The notes under the pieces were generated by a model. It saw only the letters and a list, made by a program, of their open reading frames with translations, was not told the DNA's origin and ran no database searches. Below, piece by piece: positions 9,641 to 18,587 of a stretch of DNA of 64,000 nt. The position numbers and the translations under genes are program-made. Numbering within the stretch: the first letter of the stretch is position 1; each line of letters opens with the position of its first letter. The stretch comes from a virus, in the IMG/VR virus record IMGVR_UViG_3300048930_000528, positions 8,050-72,049 of that record. The stretch is one strand, 5' to 3'.

Positions 9641-11251
9641 TCAACCTCGGATGCGGATGAGTTCCTGCGTCCCCTCTTCAATGGGCGCGAGCAGGTGGGG
9701 CATCATCGCATTGGTGATGATCGGGTAGGTGAGCGCGTCGAAAACGTGCAGGTGGTCGCTGCGCACGGGAGTCAGCGCGAGGTCCGGGTCGAATGCCTCG
9801 CCGGGCTTTTGCTCCTTCGATTCGAGGAGGTTCAGCATCGCCTGGATCTTCGTGCATCCCGCCGACACCCAAAAGTCGCCGGCACTGATGGCATCCATGA
9901 GGAGCCGCGTGCGAAGCGGCACGGAGCCGGCAAACTTTGGCGCAGGCCTTACTTCAATGCGCGGGAGGCTCAGCGCGTCCACTACGGCGTTGCCAGCGGC
10001 CTCAAGCTCCGTCACGTCGAAGGAACCCGAGCCCGCCTTGAACTGGTTGAACGCCGAGTTGTCCGAGATCCATACGTTCTGAAAACGTCCGCCAACCTGC
10101 TGCTGCCACCACGCCAGCCGGCGGAGCACGACGGGCATGAGCACCTCGTACTTGATCCGGCGGCGGTTGATGACGACTTCGTCGAAGGCGACCCACTTCA
10201 TGCGCTGCTCGATGGGCAATCGCTGGAGCATGACGAAGGCGTTGTAGACGGCGCCAGGGTCCATCCCGATGATGATGGGGTAGCCCACGGTCGGCAGAAT
10301 CCATTCCGGGCTGTCGAGCGCCGGCTTCACGTAGCGCATCGCAATCCACACGTCCTTGAAGATCGACGTGCCGCTGGGCCTGTCCACCCACTCGCCGCGG
10401 AGCATGCGCGCCGCTTCGACGGGGTCATGCTTGTAGAGCTTCTCCAAGCCCTCGATGTAGCCCTTGGGCAAGTTGTGCCTGTTGCTGGAAACCGGAACGT
10501 GGACCCGGTGATAGTCGGGGTCCCATCGGTCAGCCTTCTCGTCGTAGGCCTCTACCATCCATACCTGATGAACCCAGTGCTTCGGGCTGTCTGGGTTGCA
10601 CGCGGCGGTGTACTGCTGAGGGCCTTCGATGCCGGGCCGGCGACCGACCTGAATGGCGACGGCGTTGAGATACTCGCGGCTGTCGCAGGAGGTCAGTTCG
10701 TCCCAAAGCACAAAAGACGGCTCGAAGCCGCGCATACGGTCGCGTAGCTGTGTCGCATGCGGGCAGGAAATTAGAACGACAAGCGACCAGCCGCCGTGCC
10801 TGTTGCCTATCCAGAGGTACTCGTTGTGCTGCGAGTCGTACTTCACGTCGGTGTACTCAAGGCCCATTCCATCATCGAGTAGGTTGCCGTCGGGGTCGCG
10901 ATTGCCATCCCTCCACGTCGGGAGGATTTGGTTCACGAGCTTGTCCCAAACACCGCCCTTCGTGGCCATTGATCGAACACGAACGCCGATCAAGCAAAGC
11001 GCGTTCGCATTCTCGTAAGCATGCCTAACTAGCTTATGGCCAAGGCTATGGGTTTTCCCGCTTCCCTTCTCGCCGTCTGCAAGAATGAATTTTGCAGGCG
11101 AATCGAATATCTCCTGCTGCTCAGGCCCCAGCATCGGGCTCCACCCGCCATCGTCGGACGTCTTGCGTGGTTTCTTCGGTGGCGGCGGCGGAGGTTCGAT
11201 GACCTCGTGAAGCGCATCCAGCGCCTCGGCGTCGATGGGTAGGCGCGGCAT
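9641..11251 (-). CDS. terL: Terminase large subunit
   Basis: Walker A GEKGSGKT, Walker B VLWDE, coupling motif ACNP, nuclease GMDPG and HVFDALTY; start MPRLP in TAATG overlap with upstream gene. Confidence 0.92.
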   Translation of the reverse strand: MPRLPIDAEALDALHEVIEPPPPPPKKPRKTSDDGGWSPMLGPEQQEIFDSPAKFILADGEKGSGKTHSLGHKLVRHAYENANALCLIGVRVRSMATKGGVWDKLVNQILPTWRDGNRDPDGNLLDDGMGLEYTDVKYDSQHNEYLWIGNRHGGWSLVVLISCPHATQLRDRMRGFEPSFVLWDELTSCDSREYLNAVAIQVGRRPGIEGPQQYTAACNPDSPKHWVHQVWMVEAYDEKADRWDPDYHRVHVPVSSNRHNLPKGYIEGLEKLYKHDPVEAARMLRGEWVDRPSGTSIFKDVWIAMRYVKPALDSPEWILPTVGYPIIIGMDPGAVYNAFVMLQRLPIEQRMKWVAFDEVVINRRRIKYEVLMPVVLRRLAWWQQQVGGRFQNVWISDNSAFNQFKAGSGSFDVTELEAAGNAVVDALSLPRIEVRPAPKFAGSVPLRTRLLMDAISAGDFWVSAGCTKIQAMLNLLESKEQKPGEAFDPDLALTPVRSDHLHVFDALTYPIITNAMMPHLLAPIEEGTQELIRIRG

Positions 11252-12204
11252 TATTTGGTGAGGGGCGTGAACCCGACCTTCTTCACTTCCTTGCCAGGCG
11301 CCGCCTTGGCCCTGGCCGCGGTGATCTTGGCCAGCATGCCGGCGCCGGACACAGTGCGATCGTAGCCCTTGCCTATGATCTCGACGATGTCGGTGTAGCA
11401 CTTCTGCCACTCGATGCGCAGCTCGTGGTCAAGCGTCTCGTCGCGCAGGTACACGGTGCGGATGTGCTCGGCCTCCTCCATCAGCGAGACGTTGAGGAGA
11501 ACCATCATCTTGTGGCTCATGTCCAGCGAGGCGGCAAGGAACCGGCCGGCATTGGGTGCGAACTCATCGAAGGCGCGGAGCCGCTCCGTAGTGGCCTTGC
11601 TGATACCGGCTTTCTCCAGCCCGCCCCGGATCAGCTCAACGTCCTGCTTGCGGATCTGGTCGGCGAGGGCGCGGTCTTCAGTCTCGTCCCCAACAGAGGC
11701 GAGCGGGCGGCGGGTGATGACCTCCGTCAATCCGGGCGGGCCTACGTCCACGCCGCGGGTCCACACGGCGCGCAGCTGGTCGTCCCTCGCAATGCGCATC
11801 CGCACGTGAGCGACGGTCGTGCCGAGCACTTCGGCTGTCAGTTTCAGGTCTCCGTCAGAGGCCTTCAGGGCTCGAATGAGATCGTTTCGGGTGATGGGCG
11901 GGAGCGTGGCTTCCGGCCCGGCCCGCCGACCGCGAGGCTTGGGTCCACCTGCCACTTCGCCCCCAGCTGCCTCCTGATCTCGTGAATCCTTCTCGCCCTC
12001 GCCATCCTCTCCACTTCCACCGCCCTCCGCTTCAACTGGCTCTGGAGCATCTCCAGCTTGAGGTCTCGGTGTACCCGCTGGTTGGCCATCGCCAAATAGC
12101 GCGCATAGCTCTTCGATGCCGCCTGAAACGCTTTCTTCACTTCCTCCGGTGTCGGCAGCTTCCTCGTCTCGGCCTCGGTGATTTCCCTTTGGATTCTCTT
12201 CCAT
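11251..12204 (-). CDS. Terminase small subunit (probable; true start uncertain)
   Basis: Immediately upstream of terL; Fis-like HTH (LIRALKASDGDLKLTAEVLG) followed by helical region. Confidence 0.55.
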   Translation of the reverse strand: MEENPKGNHRGRDEEAADTGGSEESVSGGIEELCALFGDGQPAGTPRPQAGDAPEPVEAEGGGSGEDGEGEKDSRDQEAAGGEVAGGPKPRGRRAGPEATLPPITRNDLIRALKASDGDLKLTAEVLGTTVAHVRMRIARDDQLRAVWTRGVDVGPPGLTEVITRRPLASVGDETEDRALADQIRKQDVELIRGGLEKAGISKATTERLRAFDEFAPNAGRFLAASLDMSHKMMVLLNVSLMEEAEHIRTVYLRDETLDHELRIEWQKCYTDIVEIIGKGYDRTVSGAGMLAKITAARAKAAPGKEVKKVGFTPLTK

Positions 12205-12380
12205 GTGCGATCGGTTTCGAGCAGGGCGGCAAGCTCCGCCTTGGTGATGGTGATGGGCCGCAGCCGCTCTAGGACGCTTTTGGCAAGGTTAGGAGTCGGA
12301 TCAGGGGGAGAAACTCCTTCTCCCACCACGGGCTCTTGCGCAGGTACATGAACCGTTTCTCCGGAGGTCTCTTCTGACAT
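11865..12380 (-). CDS. Hypothetical basic coiled-coil protein
   Basis: 171 aa with helical K/R/E composition; overlaps both neighbours. Confidence 0.45.
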   Translation of the reverse strand: MSEETSGETVHVPAQEPVVGEGVSPPDPTPNLAKSVLERLRPITITKAELAALLETDRTWKRIQREITEAETRKLPTPEEVKKAFQAASKSYARYLAMANQRVHRDLKLEMLQSQLKRRAVEVERMARARRIHEIRRQLGAKWQVDPSLAVGGPGRKPRSRPSPETISFEP

Positions 12381-12715
12381 ATCAGTTCGTAGGATTTCTT
12401 GCGGTTTCGGTCTTGTGGGTTGAGCGGGTCGAAGCCGCAGGCCGCAATGAATCGCTCAGCCTCCGGGATCGTGATGCCGTCCCAACTCGTGGACATGATG
12501 ATCTCGCGCAGGCGCGGCGGCGCGATGCCGCTGGCAATGGCAAGCTCCTCAAAGGAGACGGCACGCACGTGCTTCCCGCGGATGCGGCGGCGCGCCATCA
12601 GGCGAATCATCGCCGGGGGCGTGGACGCAAGAATGCGCCACGCACTTGGCGCAGTCGAAGGCGGGCGGGGCTGCTTGGGTTTCTTGGCGCGCATCAGAGG
12701 TTGCCCGAGGCCCAT
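12269..12715 (-). CDS. Hypothetical HTH-like protein
   Basis: SFEELAIASGIAPPRLREI HTH-like segment. Confidence 0.5.
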   Translation of the reverse strand: MGLGQPLMRAKKPKQPRPPSTAPSAWRILASTPPAMIRLMARRRIRGKHVRAVSFEELAIASGIAPPRLREIIMSTSWDGITIPEAERFIAACGFDPLNPQDRNRKKSYELICQKRPPEKRFMYLRKSPWWEKEFLPLIRLLTLPKAS

Positions 12716-12918
12716 ACCTTGCTGACGGTCGCCATCTTCTTCATGTCAGCGAGCTTGGCCTCGTCTTGGCAGGACGTGTCGAACAGCACCTGCCGCGTGA
12801 CCTCTCCGGTCTGTGGGTTGGTGGCGAGTCCGACGATGATGTAGGTGTCGAACACCTCCTGTAGGCGAGGGGCGACGGTCTTGGCGATCTGGATTGCTCC
12901 GGGGGATAGCTGGGACAT
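12694..12918 (-). CDS. Hypothetical protein, first gene of late - strand operon
   Basis: AAGGA RBS before ATG at 12918. Confidence 0.55.
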   Translation of the reverse strand: MSQLSPGAIQIAKTVAPRLQEVFDTYIIVGLATNPQTGEVTRQVLFDTSCQDEAKLADMKKMATVSKVWASGNL

Positions 12919-13159
12919 GGTCCTTGTTTTTACCTAATCAAATGCGCCGTCAAGGTTAACTGCTCTTTACTGTTCCTCGTTTTGCCTCGCCTCTCAAATT
13001 ATCCACAGGCGGGGTGTTACAGTCTTTTGCTCTAGTTCTTTCCTAAATCGCTGCTGCTACGAGGCTAGCTTAATAAGCGTGTCCTTCTTAGGTTGACAGA
13101 TTTGTACCATTTTGCACCCTTTTGCTTGTTCCTTCCTGTGCAGGGAACAGTTCCCGACG
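12919..13159. promoter_or_regulatory. AT-rich divergent intergenic region; candidate attP
   Basis: Adjacent to integrase; 10-bp-period repeats TTTGTACCAT/TTTGCACCCT/TTTGCTTGTT (13101-13130); TTATCCACA at 12999-13007; TTGACA at 13093. Confidence 0.45.
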
Positions 13160-14233
13160 ATGCCTCGCCAGCTGACACTCAAGCCGAAGTTCACTCCGTC
13201 CCACCCGTCGGCGCCGTGGCGCGTGTACTTCCGCGGCAAGAGCTACTGGTTCAAGAACGAGGCCGACGCTGTGGCGAAGGCGAAGGATCTGCGTGGCGGC
13301 AAGTCGGACCTGACGCTGCGCGAGAGCGACGAGTATCGCTACGCGCGCCAGCTCCTCGGCCGGGTGCCACTGCTTGAGGCGGTCCGGTTCTACCTCGAGC
13401 GGAACCCTACCACCGATCCTACCATGACCGTCGGTGAGGCGATCACGGCGCACCTGGCGCGGGCGACCGGCAGGCCGGACTACATGGAGAAAAAGCGATA
13501 CTTCCTCGGGATTGTCTCTGAGCGGCTGGGCAACGAGAAGCTGGCCGTTGTCGGACCGGCAAGCGTGCAGGCGCTGATCGACTCGATGACGTCGAAGTGG
13601 GGGGCCAACGACGTGCTGAGGCACGCGCGCATTTTCTTCCGCGACTGCATTCGCCTCAAACTCCTCCGCGAAGATCCGACCGCGGCGTTTCAGGAGCAGA
13701 AGGTTCTGCCGAGCAAAGTCATTCTCACCGTCGAAGACACGGCGCACATCCTGAAGGTCTGCAAGGCACAGTTCCCGGAGATCCTGCCGGCAGTGGCGCT
13801 GCAACTCTTCACAGGAATCCGCACGAGTGAAGTGACCCGGTTGGAGTGGAAGGACGTGCGACTCGGCTCGCTGGTGAACATCGAGCCCCAGGTGGCGAAG
13901 ACGAGCGAGCGGCGCGTGATAGACTGGTGGCCGGAGGCGCTGACGCACTGGATGCCGGCCAAGGCAGGCGAGGGGCCTGTGACGGTTCAGCCCAAGAGCT
14001 ACGAGGCGCACAAGTGGCAGCTCATCATGGTCTGCAAGGCGTCGAAGTCCGACTTCAAGTTTGGGCAGAACGCCTTCCGCCACAGCTTCGCCAGCTTCGG
14101 GTGTGCCTACTTCCAGAACGCCGGCAAGGTCGCGCTCCTCATGGGGCACCGCGACGTGAACATGCTGTTCCGCCACTACCGCGACTACCGCACGAAGGAA
14201 GAGGCCGACCGGTACTTTGGCCTACGGCCGTAG
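13160..14233 (+). CDS. int: Phage integrase (tyrosine recombinase)
   Basis: TGIRTSE (Arg), AKT (Lys), FRHSFAS, LMGH, catalytic Tyr in RHY. Confidence 0.9.
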   Translation: MPRQLTLKPKFTPSHPSAPWRVYFRGKSYWFKNEADAVAKAKDLRGGKSDLTLRESDEYRYARQLLGRVPLLEAVRFYLERNPTTDPTMTVGEAITAHLARATGRPDYMEKKRYFLGIVSERLGNEKLAVVGPASVQALIDSMTSKWGANDVLRHARIFFRDCIRLKLLREDPTAAFQEQKVLPSKVILTVEDTAHILKVCKAQFPEILPAVALQLFTGIRTSEVTRLEWKDVRLGSLVNIEPQVAKTSERRVIDWWPEALTHWMPAKAGEGPVTVQPKSYEAHKWQLIMVCKASKSDFKFGQNAFRHSFASFGCAYFQNAGKVALLMGHRDVNMLFRHYRDYRTKEEADRYFGLRP

Positions 14234-14236
14234 ATT

Positions 14237-14446
14237 TTAGCGCGCTGAGTTACGCCCACCGTCGTAGCCGCCGTCGCCCCAGCCGCCTGACTCGCCCATG
14301 AAAAGGGTGACAACCAAGGCGAGTGCCATTCCGCCGACTACTGCGTAGCCAACAGCCCGCCCTATGCGACTACCAATAGATGGCGCATCGAGTGCAAGGC
14401 CAACGATAGCAGGAATGATAACGAAGAGGATGATTAGGATCTTCAC
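14237..14446 (-). CDS. Small membrane protein (lysogeny-expressed?)
   Basis: Two hydrophobic helices, lower GC, downstream of the repressor-like gene. Confidence 0.5.
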   Translation of the reverse strand: MKILIILFVIIPAIVGLALDAPSIGSRIGRAVGYAVVGGMALALVVTLFMGESGGWGDGGYDGGRNSAR

Positions 14447-14590
14447 GGTTTTGTCTTAATTAGTCTGCTTTTGTGACGCAATACCGTGCGTGGATTCCGG
14501 CAAGGTAATTGACTTTCGGATACATCGGCGCGCGACAAAGTGCAATTCAGACGTGCTACGAATCGCGTTGGCGTGCATGTGCGACAAGTG

Positions 14591-14824
14591 CTACGCCGGC
14601 TTTTTACGCGAGCTCGTGCCGCTTCGACGCGAGTCCTCCTCCGAAAGAATCTGCTCTAGGTCTGAATCTGAAGACTCTTCGGCAAGGATAAGCCTTTCGA
14701 CCAAGTCGGAGAGGCTATCGTAGCCGCGGCGACGCGCCAATGCGCGGCCCATCGATTTGACCTCTGGATCGAGTGTCAGCGTGATTTTTTCACGGAGGTT
14801 TTCACCTTTTCTTGGGCGCCCCAT
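14591..14824 (-). CDS. Ribbon-helix-helix regulator (repressor-like)
   Basis: MGRPRK...KITLTLDPEV beta-ribbon, SLSDLVERLI helix. Confidence 0.75.
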   Translation of the reverse strand: MGRPRKGENLREKITLTLDPEVKSMGRALARRRGYDSLSDLVERLILAEESSDSDLEQILSEEDSRRSGTSSRKKPA

Positions 14825-14905
14825 CAGAGGTATTTTGTACGTACATAACCGAACGGGCTCAAGTTTTTTCTTTACGCCTTATTTTATCCGTGCGTAATTC
14901 CGCCC
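14825..14905. promoter_or_regulatory. Divergent promoter/operator region of the genetic switch
   Basis: Palindrome TGTACGTACA (14836-45) and TTACGC-N14-GCGTAA (14872-97) between divergent RHH genes. Confidence 0.6.
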
Positions 14906-15127
14906 ATGTCACGACCCCGTGTAAAAAAGGACGGCCGGAAGGTTACTTTGTACATGGCCTCTGGGATTATCGCCATGGGCCGAAACACTGCCAAGAAGCG
15001 AGGCACCATGTCTTTGTCGAACTTGGTCGAACGCCTGATCATTGACGCCGACGCAAAAGACAGGGCGAAGGCCGCCCGACGAATGGCAGCAGTAAGTAAG
15101 CCCGTTCAGGCCGTACATTCCGCCTAA
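14906..15127 (+). CDS. Ribbon-helix-helix regulator (Cro-equivalent), paralog of 14591-14824
   Basis: MSRPR...KVTLYM...MGR..A..RG..SLSNLVERLI. Confidence 0.75.
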   Translation: MSRPRVKKDGRKVTLYMASGIIAMGRNTAKKRGTMSLSNLVERLIIDADAKDRAKAARRMAAVSKPVQAVHSA

Positions 15128-15130
15128 GCC

Positions 15131-15352
15131 ATGACCCCCCGCGGCTACATCCACGGCGACACCGCCGCCGCGAAGTACCTCGGTCTTAAGGACCGCAAGG
15201 GCCTCCGCCGCTGGCAGGACGACCCGACGCTCCCTCTGCGCGAGCTGCTCACGCCCCGCATCATCAACGGCCACCGCTACTACAAGGTGGCCAACCTCGA
15301 CCGCTTTATGGACCCGGCGCTCAACACCCCGGCGTCCGCCACCCGCAACTAA
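15131..15352 (+). CDS. Excisionase-like winged HTH protein
   Basis: AAAKYLGL...RIINGHRYYKVANLDRF, typical Xis/HTH_17 pattern; near integrase. Confidence 0.65.
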   Translation: MTPRGYIHGDTAAAKYLGLKDRKGLRRWQDDPTLPLRELLTPRIINGHRYYKVANLDRFMDPALNTPASATRN

Positions 15353-15361
15353 ACCACCGAC

Positions 15362-16579
15362 ATGAGTACAGCCATAGTTCCCGTAGACGAAAATTCCGGC
15401 TCCTACTTCTCCAACCCGAGCAAGTTCGAGCTGATCCAGCGCGTCGCGAAGGTCTTCGCCGAAAGCCAGCTGGTTCCCGCCGCGTTCCAAAAGAACGTCC
15501 CCAACTGCATCATCGCCGTGGAGATGGCCGAGCGCATGAGCGCCAGCCCGCTCATGGTGATCCAGAACCTCAACATCATTCACGGAAAGCCATCCTTCGG
15601 CGCAGCGTTCCTGATCGGCTCGATCAATTCGTGCGGCCGGTTCACGCCCCTTCGCTTCGACGTGTCGGGCGAGGGCGACGACAAGACGTGCGTCGCGTGG
15701 GCGTTCCAGAAGTCCGCCGCCAATCGCTCCGAGGAAATCGCCGCCTGCGCCACCCTGGCCGAGGCGCGCAAGAAAAACCTTCCGGTGCTGGAGTCCGCTC
15801 CGGTCTCGATCAAGATCGCCAAGGACGAGGGCTGGTTCGGCAAGGCTGGCTCGAAGTGGAAGACCATGCCCGACCTGATGCTGCGCTACCGCGCGGCCAC
15901 GTGGTTCTCGCGCATGTACGCGCCGGACGTCGCGATGGGCATGCCGACGCAGGAAGAGGTCATCGACGTGGAGGCGCCGCCGGAGGTCATGCCGGATCCG
16001 GTTGTCCGCCAGCCGCCGACCAAGGGCATCGCAGCGGCCATCGCTGCCGCGAAGGACCCCGTCGTCGACGCCGAGCCGCCCGCACCTCCGGCAGAGGAAG
16101 CCAAGGCCGAGCCGCCGAAGGCCGAGGAGAAGCCCAGGCGCACACGCAGCAAGGCGGCAGAAAGCACGCCTGCGCCCGCACCCGAGAAGCCGGCTGAACC
16201 GACGCCAGCGAGTAACCCCGATTTGGAGGCTGCAACGCCCCCGCCCGCGCAGCCCCCGGCTGCTACGCCCGCCCCCGGCGAAAACCCCGCACCGGCGGCA
16301 CCCGCCAAGCCGGCGGCGGAGCCTGCGACGGACCTCGGCCTGGATGATCCGCCCGAATTGCCAACAAAGCGCGACGAGCTGATCGAAGTGCTTGAGCGGC
16401 CCACCGCCAACGGCGTGGTCTTTGAGATGACGTTCCAGTCGGGCTTCGTGGCGTTCTGGAACGGCAAGAAGACCGACATTCCCAGCACCGGGTCGCTGGT
16501 CGACGTCGCATACGAGGAGCGCGTCAGCCCCAAGGGCCGGAAGCTCAACCTCGCCACCAAGCTCACCGTCGTCGCCTGA
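15362..16579 (+). CDS. RecT-like ssDNA annealing protein with Pro/Ala-rich linker
   Basis: LMVIQNLNIIHGKPS, EGW..K.GSKWKTMPDLMLRYRAA motifs. Confidence 0.8.
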   Translation: MSTAIVPVDENSGSYFSNPSKFELIQRVAKVFAESQLVPAAFQKNVPNCIIAVEMAERMSASPLMVIQNLNIIHGKPSFGAAFLIGSINSCGRFTPLRFDVSGEGDDKTCVAWAFQKSAANRSEEIAACATLAEARKKNLPVLESAPVSIKIAKDEGWFGKAGSKWKTMPDLMLRYRAATWFSRMYAPDVAMGMPTQEEVIDVEAPPEVMPDPVVRQPPTKGIAAAIAAAKDPVVDAEPPAPPAEEAKAEPPKAEEKPRRTRSKAAESTPAPAPEKPAEPTPASNPDLEAATPPPAQPPAATPAPGENPAPAAPAKPAAEPATDLGLDDPPELPTKRDELIEVLERPTANGVVFEMTFQSGFVAFWNGKKTDIPSTGSLVDVAYEERVSPKGRKLNLATKLTVVA

Positions 16580-16584
16580 GCCCC

Positions 16585-16857
16585 ATGCCATTGCGACTTC
16601 CTATCGCGGCGGCCAAGAATGTGGCCACGAAGTATTCATGCCGTCAGGTCATACTGATGGCATGGGATGGCGAGCGAACGCACTGCGTCACCTACGGTAA
16701 GACCGCCGAAGACTGCGACCAAGCCGCGCAGGGCGGTAATCGGATCAAGGCCGCGCTTGGATGGCCAGAGTCGCTGATGGCCGAACCGAGCCGCGTAAAG
16801 AAGCTCAAGGCACGTATCGCTGAACTGGAGGCGTCTATCAAAATAGCCCATGAATAA
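16585..16857 (+). CDS. Hypothetical protein
   Basis: Fills operon gap, overlaps next start. Confidence 0.6.
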   Translation: MPLRLPIAAAKNVATKYSCRQVILMAWDGERTHCVTYGKTAEDCDQAAQGGNRIKAALGWPESLMAEPSRVKKLKARIAELEASIKIAHE

Positions 16858-18016
16858 GCCCCGTATCCGCTGCAGTGGCCTCGACCGGTTCCTGAACTGC
16901 CCAGGGTCGTACGCGTTGTCTGAACTTGTCGCCGAACGAGTGATCGATTTCGGCGACGAGGGCGGCGACGATATGACGTGGTCGGGAAACTGGATTCACT
17001 ACCAGTCGGCCAAGGCCAAGGTGGAGCGATACGGGGCTTTCGCACCGGAGGGCGGGCTCGAGCCGCCCGTCCTCCCGCGCGGATGGAAGCCGGCGAAGTG
17101 GGACGAGTCCCGCCTGCGGTGGTTCGTGTTCACGTCGGCGGAAATGACGCCACCGGATCACGTGATCTTCGTCGAGCATGCGTTCGAGTGGGAGTTTGAC
17201 CGCTTCATCCTGACCGGACACATCGACGAGTTCACGCTGAACCCGGCCGTCACCGAGTTCATCATCAACGACCAAAAGACCGGCCCCAACGAGGTCGATC
17301 CTGCCGACCAAAACTGGCAGCTGGCCGGGTACGCCACGCTTCTGTGGAAGAAGTACCCGTCTCTCAGGCGCGGCCTCGTGCGTATCTTCCAGAAGCTGTC
17401 TTCCAACCCCGTCACGGAGGGCGAAGTCGAAGACATCCCCGTCGTCGCGGACTATTTGGAGAAGAAGATCAACGAGGCGCTCGACCAACCCTATACCTTC
17501 GTCACGGGATACAAGCAGTGCCGCCTCTGCGAGCACGTGACGTACGCATGCCCGGCGTTCCGGGCGGAGATCCAACGCATGAAGATGGAATTGACCAAGG
17601 AAAAGCTGGAAGCCCTCAATGTCACGCCCTCGCTCAAGGAATTTGGCGAGTTCGCTGCGCAGTGCCGTGCCGTGCGCGGGCCTATCGACCGGATCATCGA
17701 CCTTCTGCGCTCCAGAATCGAGAAGGAGGGCACCGTGCAGCTGGCGGATGGCACGCTGATCGCCCTCGTTGACGCACTCGGCAACCGCGAGGTCACCAAC
17801 GTCCGCCTGGCCATCGAACTTCTGCGCGACGACCTCGGCGATGAGGTTTGGGAGACGCTCAAGATGAGCCTGAGTGAGGTGGAGGACCGCTTGCACGCAG
17901 CCGGTATGCAGAAAACCACGAAGAAGCCCGACGTCATGTCGGTGGAAAAGTACGTGAAGACAAAACTCGGCCACATCATTGACCGCCCTGTCCAGAAGCG
18001 CCTCAAATGGTCCTGA
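16850..18016 (+). CDS. PD-(D/E)XK (Cas4/RecB-like) exonuclease
   Basis: CPGS, GHID...DQKTG, QLAGY, C-x2-C-x6-C cluster; next to the annealase. Confidence 0.8.
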   Translation: MNKPRIRCSGLDRFLNCPGSYALSELVAERVIDFGDEGGDDMTWSGNWIHYQSAKAKVERYGAFAPEGGLEPPVLPRGWKPAKWDESRLRWFVFTSAEMTPPDHVIFVEHAFEWEFDRFILTGHIDEFTLNPAVTEFIINDQKTGPNEVDPADQNWQLAGYATLLWKKYPSLRRGLVRIFQKLSSNPVTEGEVEDIPVVADYLEKKINEALDQPYTFVTGYKQCRLCEHVTYACPAFRAEIQRMKMELTKEKLEALNVTPSLKEFGEFAAQCRAVRGPIDRIIDLLRSRIEKEGTVQLADGTLIALVDALGNREVTNVRLAIELLRDDLGDEVWETLKMSLSEVEDRLHAAGMQKTTKKPDVMSVEKYVKTKLGHIIDRPVQKRLKWS

Positions 18017-18017
18017 A

Positions 18018-18455
18018 ATGTCACCCCAAACCGTAGCTTTCACGATCCCAGGGGCGCCGGCAACGATCACAGCCCAGCAGAAGGGGGTGAACTTCAAGAG
18101 CCGGGCCTTCTACACGAAGGCAGACGTCAAGCGAGAGGCTCGAAGGCTGCGCGGCTACGCTCGGCCGCACCGCCCCAGTCAGCCAATGAGTGGTCCGGTG
18201 TATTGCCTGATTCGCTACGTGTACCCGATGACCCAAAATCTCGCCAAGAAGCACGCCGACAAGCTCTCAGTCGAAAATTTCACCCTTTTACACACTCAGA
18301 AACCCGATGCTGACAACTCTTCCAAGCTCCTCCTCGACGTCCTCACCGAATGCGGGTTCTGGATCGACGACAAGCAGGTCTGCGACCTCTGCCTACAGAA
18401 GCGTTACGGCTCCGAACCTCGGATCGACGTCATCATCACCGAGTTCGAGTCGTGA
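18018..18455 (+). CDS. rusA: RusA-family Holliday junction resolvase
   Basis: KPDADNSSKLLLDVL...WIDDKQV...KRYG. Confidence 0.9.
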   Translation: MSPQTVAFTIPGAPATITAQQKGVNFKSRAFYTKADVKREARRLRGYARPHRPSQPMSGPVYCLIRYVYPMTQNLAKKHADKLSVENFTLLHTQKPDADNSSKLLLDVLTECGFWIDDKQVCDLCLQKRYGSEPRIDVIITEFES

Positions 18456-18587
18456 ACCAAGCGATGTGACCACGGTTTGGGCTGATGGCACCGTGTTCCG
18501 GCGCATGTACGGCCGCAATTTCGACCGCCAGCTTGCCAGTATCCCGTCGATTCCCCCTGAACTGCTCGATCTTTCGGAGTTTGGCCT

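Noticed and set aside
11252-11410. N-terminal extension of terL given in the ORF track
   Set aside because: It overlaps the upstream gene; the ATG at 11251 in a TAATG overlap is the more plausible start.
16850-18016. Cas4 as part of a CRISPR system
   Set aside because: It lies beside a RecT-like annealase and RusA, the usual phage recombination context; no repeat-spacer array was found.
14909-18097. Long - strand ORFs 14909-16591 and 16838-18097
   Set aside because: Antisense shadows of well-supported + strand genes in GC-rich DNA; no recognisable motifs.
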